Positions 61,263 to 64,000 of a DNA stretch of 64,000 nt are shown one piece after another. The DNA comes from an uncultured bacterium (GTDB taxonomy: Bacteria > Verrucomicrobiota > Verrucomicrobiia > Limisphaerales > UBA8199): NCBI GenBank assembly GCA_963749495.1, contig CAVVMW010000014.1:544001-608000 (forward strand), in the 5' to 3' direction. Within the stretch, counting starts at the first letter, position 1. The number at the start of each line of letters is the position of its first letter. The translations under genes were made by a program, and so were the position numbers. Below the pieces are notes generated by a model, which saw only the letters and a program-made list of their open reading frames with translations, was not told where the DNA came from and did no database searches.

Positions 61263-61960
61263 ACCGCCTCCGTTCAGGCGCAGCTTTTACCCTCGTGGAG
61301 CTGCTCGTCGTCATCGCCATTATCGCGATCCTGGCGAGCCTCCTCCTGCCCACCCTGAGCCGCCCCCAGGTCAAAGCCCGCTCCACCCAATGCGTGAGCA
61401 ACCTCCGCCAGTGGGGGTTGGCTTACCGGCAATACGCCGACGACAACAAAGACTTCCTGCCCCGGCGCGGCCAGGGCGTGCAGCCCCTCACGCAAATCGA
61501 CCGCCCCGAAGACTGGTTCAACGCTCTCCCCTCTTACTTCAATTCGCAGCCCTACCAGCAGCTCTTCGCCGCTAATCAGAAGCTCAAACCCCGCTCCAAT
61601 TCGGTCTTTGTCTGCCCGGTTGCCACGGACCCCGGCAGCAACCACTTCCTTCCCTACGGCATGAACATGAACCTCTCGCCGTGGATCCTCCCCCAGGCTA
61701 CCAAATTTGCCGAGGTGGTTCGTCCCTCACAGGTCGTAGCGATGGCCGACGCCCCCGGGCCCTACGCTTCGACCTTTCCCTCCACCAAACCCTACAGCGT
61801 GCTCGCCCGGCACGCGCGCCGGGTGAACATCCTGTTCCTTGCCGGCCAGGTCAATTCCTTCGCCGCTGACTACGTTGGCTGCGGAGTCGGCGACCCCAAG
61901 CGCGACGACGTCCGTTGGCTTACCGGCACCGACAGCGACAACACCGCCGGAAACTACTGA
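61259..61960 (+). CDS. Prepilin-type protein (H-X9-DG family variant)
   Basis: [53 protein letters not shown]. Confidence 0.88.
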   Translation: MNRLRSGAAFTLVELLVVIAIIAILASLLLPTLSRPQVKARSTQCVSNLRQWGLAYRQYADDNKDFLPRRGQGVQPLTQIDRPEDWFNALPSYFNSQPYQQLFAANQKLKPRSNSVFVCPVATDPGSNHFLPYGMNMNLSPWILPQATKFAEVVRPSQVVAMADAPGPYASTFPSTKPYSVLARHARRVNILFLAGQVNSFAADYVGCGVGDPKRDDVRWLTGTDSDNTAGNY

Positions 61961-61963
61961 TTT

Positions 61964-62821
61964 ATGAGACTCAAACTCATGGGCGTTCTTGCCTTGGTCG
62001 TGGTTCTCGCCTTTGTCCTCCACAAACGCGTCGCCAGCAAAGCGCAGTCCGACCGCCGCGTCGTGCGCTGCGCGGTCATTGGCGGCATGACCATGACCGG
62101 CCTGTGGCCCGAGATCGTCAAGCTGTTCGAAGCCAACACCGGCTACCGCTGCGAACTCGTCGCCACCGGCCCACGCCCCGAGATCGCCGAACCCTTCCGC
62201 GCTGGCAAAGTGGACTTGCTTACCATGCATTCAGGCGACATCACCACCGACCTGGTCGCCGACGGCTTCGGCATCAACATGCGCCCCTGGACGCGCAACG
62301 AGCTCTCCATCGTCGGCCCAACCAACGACCCCGCCCACGTCCGCGGCATGACCAACGGCGCCGCTGCTCTCCGCAAAATCGCCGAGGCCAAGGCCCGCTT
62401 TGTTGACTTCCAGGGTGTCGGCAGCCGCGAACTCGCCCACAACCTCTGGCGCGCCTCCGGCGTCGAACCCAAAGGCGACTGGGTCCTCAAAGACGAAACC
62501 GTCTCCAAGTTTGACATCCTCCAGTTTGCCCGCACGAACAACGCCTACGTCATTGTCGGTTACATCCCTGCACGTCTTGGCAGGATGAACCCGGCGGGCA
62601 TGGAAATTCTGGTGCAAGGCGACCCCGCCATGCGCCGCCCCTTCATTGTCATGGAAGCCAACCCCAGGAAATTCCCCCACGCCAACCACGCCGGCGCGCG
62701 GGCGCTCTCCGACTTCCTCCTCTCACCCAAGGTGCAAGCTTTCCTGGCCGAGTTCGGCCAAAAAACCACAGGTCGCGGGCCTCTCTTCCATCCGGTGCAG
62801 ACCGCTACCGAAGAGAAATAG
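61964..62821 (+). CDS. TupA-like (tungstate/molybdate) substrate-binding protein
   Basis: TGL...FEA.TG....VATG......GKVDLL..H...N...IVGPTNDPA.V.G...AL.KIA...FV pattern. Confidence 0.7.
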   Translation: MRLKLMGVLALVVVLAFVLHKRVASKAQSDRRVVRCAVIGGMTMTGLWPEIVKLFEANTGYRCELVATGPRPEIAEPFRAGKVDLLTMHSGDITTDLVADGFGINMRPWTRNELSIVGPTNDPAHVRGMTNGAAALRKIAEAKARFVDFQGVGSRELAHNLWRASGVEPKGDWVLKDETVSKFDILQFARTNNAYVIVGYIPARLGRMNPAGMEILVQGDPAMRRPFIVMEANPRKFPHANHAGARALSDFLLSPKVQAFLAEFGQKTTGRGPLFHPVQTATEEK

Positions 62822-62832
62822 CGCCCATCCCG

Positions 62833-63204
62833 TCACGGCTTCAAAAGAGCTTGGAACTCGCGAAAGCCCTCCTGAATGGCGGCATGGCTCTGTGCTTCCA
62901 TCCGATGATACAACGCCACCACCTTCTGTCCCATCTTGGTTAAGACCGCTCCGCCGCCGCCCTTGCCCCCGCGCTTGGTGACTACCACAGGTGAGCGAAA
63001 CCGCCCATTAAGAGTCCTCACATGCATCCACACCGTCATATAGGCCATGCCCATTTGGGCTGCCGCCGACCGCAAACTGCCCGTCTCCCCGATCAGTTCA
63101 AGCAACTGAACGCGGCCCGGCCCCAAAGCCGCGTCCCGGCCGCACATCACCCGCAACCGGGGAAGCACCGACGCCGGCAAAGCAACGCATTTCTTCTTCC
63201 GCAT
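62833..63204 (-). CDS. modE: ModE N-terminal wHTH regulator without TOBE domains
   Basis: LGPGRVQLLELIGETGSLRSAAAQMGMAY...RGGKGGGGAVLT; start placed at MRKKK. Confidence 0.85.
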   Translation of the reverse strand: MRKKKCVALPASVLPRLRVMCGRDAALGPGRVQLLELIGETGSLRSAAAQMGMAYMTVWMHVRTLNGRFRSPVVVTKRGGKGGGGAVLTKMGQKVVALYHRMEAQSHAAIQEGFREFQALLKP

Positions 63205-63265
63205 AACGCTCGAACGCATGATGGGGTTGAGCTTCGCTCGAAGGCGAACCTTTTTACAGCACCCT

Positions 63266-63500
63266 TTAGCCACTTCGCCGCGAGAAAAGGACCACGAAGA
63301 TCCAGGCTTCCGGGAAGATCGGGTTGGTAGCCAGCCGACGCGCCGGGAAATCCCAGACCTGAATGGTCCCGTTCGCGTTGCCGAGGGCCAGCCAACAACC
63401 GTCTCTCGAAAGGTCGATACTCGAATGGTTGGTCTCCAAGATGAAAGGAAAATGGCAGGGTGCTGGAACAGCAGCGTGAACATCCCGCCGGGTATTCTCG
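63266..63500 (-). pseudogene. WD40-repeat fragment
   Basis: IDLSRDGCWLALGNANGTIQVWDF. Confidence 0.4.
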
Positions 63501-63624
63501 TCAAATCTGACCAGGCACCATGAACGAACCAGTCGCCATTCCACAAGTCGGGCCGAGGAGGGCCGAACGATTGACCCGGGAACACCAAAGGTAAACACCA
63601 ACGCCATCAAAGGAACCAACACAA

Positions 63625-64000
63625 ATGAACTTTCGATCAAGCAATTGGCTCAAGGCCTGCGTGGCCACGTCGCCCTTTTTGCTGGCCGCCTTCATGGAGG
63701 CGGCAGACCAGCCCCCCAAGGTCGCCCAGATCAATGCTCCGCCGGAAACCAAGGCGGCCATGATGGAGTTGTGGCGCCGGGGTGAATGCCAGCTCAGCGC
63801 CGTTTATCTGCCGGCCGAGAAGCGCTCACCGGTGCCTGCCAATATCGGTGCGACGCCGGTGATCACGCCGCGCCTCTACAACACCAAAGGCGCGATCTTG
63901 TGCTATGCCGTCAACGGCCAGAGAATTTGGGCAGCCGACAACCTGGCCCTTTACCAGATTGATGCGGCCAGCGGGAAGGAAATCAGGCGGTTTGCGGCTA
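63625..64000 (+). CDS. Exported protein, partial (runs off the right edge)
   Basis: My translation MNFRSSNWLKACVATSPFLLAAFMEAADQ...QRIWAADNLALYQIDAASGKEIRRF is open to the end. Confidence 0.55.
   Translation, partial: MNFRSSNWLKACVATSPFLLAAFMEAADQPPKVAQINAPPETKAAMMELWRRGECQLSAVYLPAEKRSPVPANIGATPVITPRLYNTKGAILCYAVNGQRIWAADNLALYQIDAASGKEIRRFAA

Overview
GC-rich bacterial DNA. It is probably Verrucomicrobiota (Pedosphaera-like); this is inferred from the PEP-CTERM, prepilin-cleavage and C-terminal 'FYR' exported proteins. Many otherwise intact genes carry single-base indels, likely long-read errors. There are four blocks. (1) 1-19.3 kb is a minus-strand, mobile-element-like DNA-metabolism cluster ending at a tyrosine-recombinase remnant. 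It holds a PilB/GspE ATPase, a gp32-like SSB and two intact helicases. It also holds several apparently catalytically dead paralogs: a TopA-like protein absent from the ORF track, UvrD-like and SF2-like proteins, and a PLD/Nuc-like protein. (2) 20-30 kb encodes exported Gly-rich proteins, REC-only regulators, Hsp20 and lipoproteins; four promoters here share one sigma54 -24/-12 plus tandem enhancer architecture. (3) 29-53 kb is a redox/metal/Fe-S block: PagL, TauE, a YbhGFSR-like exporter, a P1B ATPase, CoADR-rhodanese, Hcp and an ORP-like NifX/COG1149/Mrp cluster. Three genes share an ECF-type promoter, and there is one further sigma54 promoter. (4) 53-63 kb contains three parallel cassettes. 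Each pairs an exported protein with a type IV pilin-like protein and sits beside a different metalloregulator and a candidate operator: NikR boxes/NikR remnant/FmdE; ArsR; and ModE box/ModE/TupA-like. Block 4 is the best candidate for an undescribed system (metal-regulated, pilin-associated modules). Block 1 is the second candidate. All family calls come from motif recognition by eye; no searches were run.
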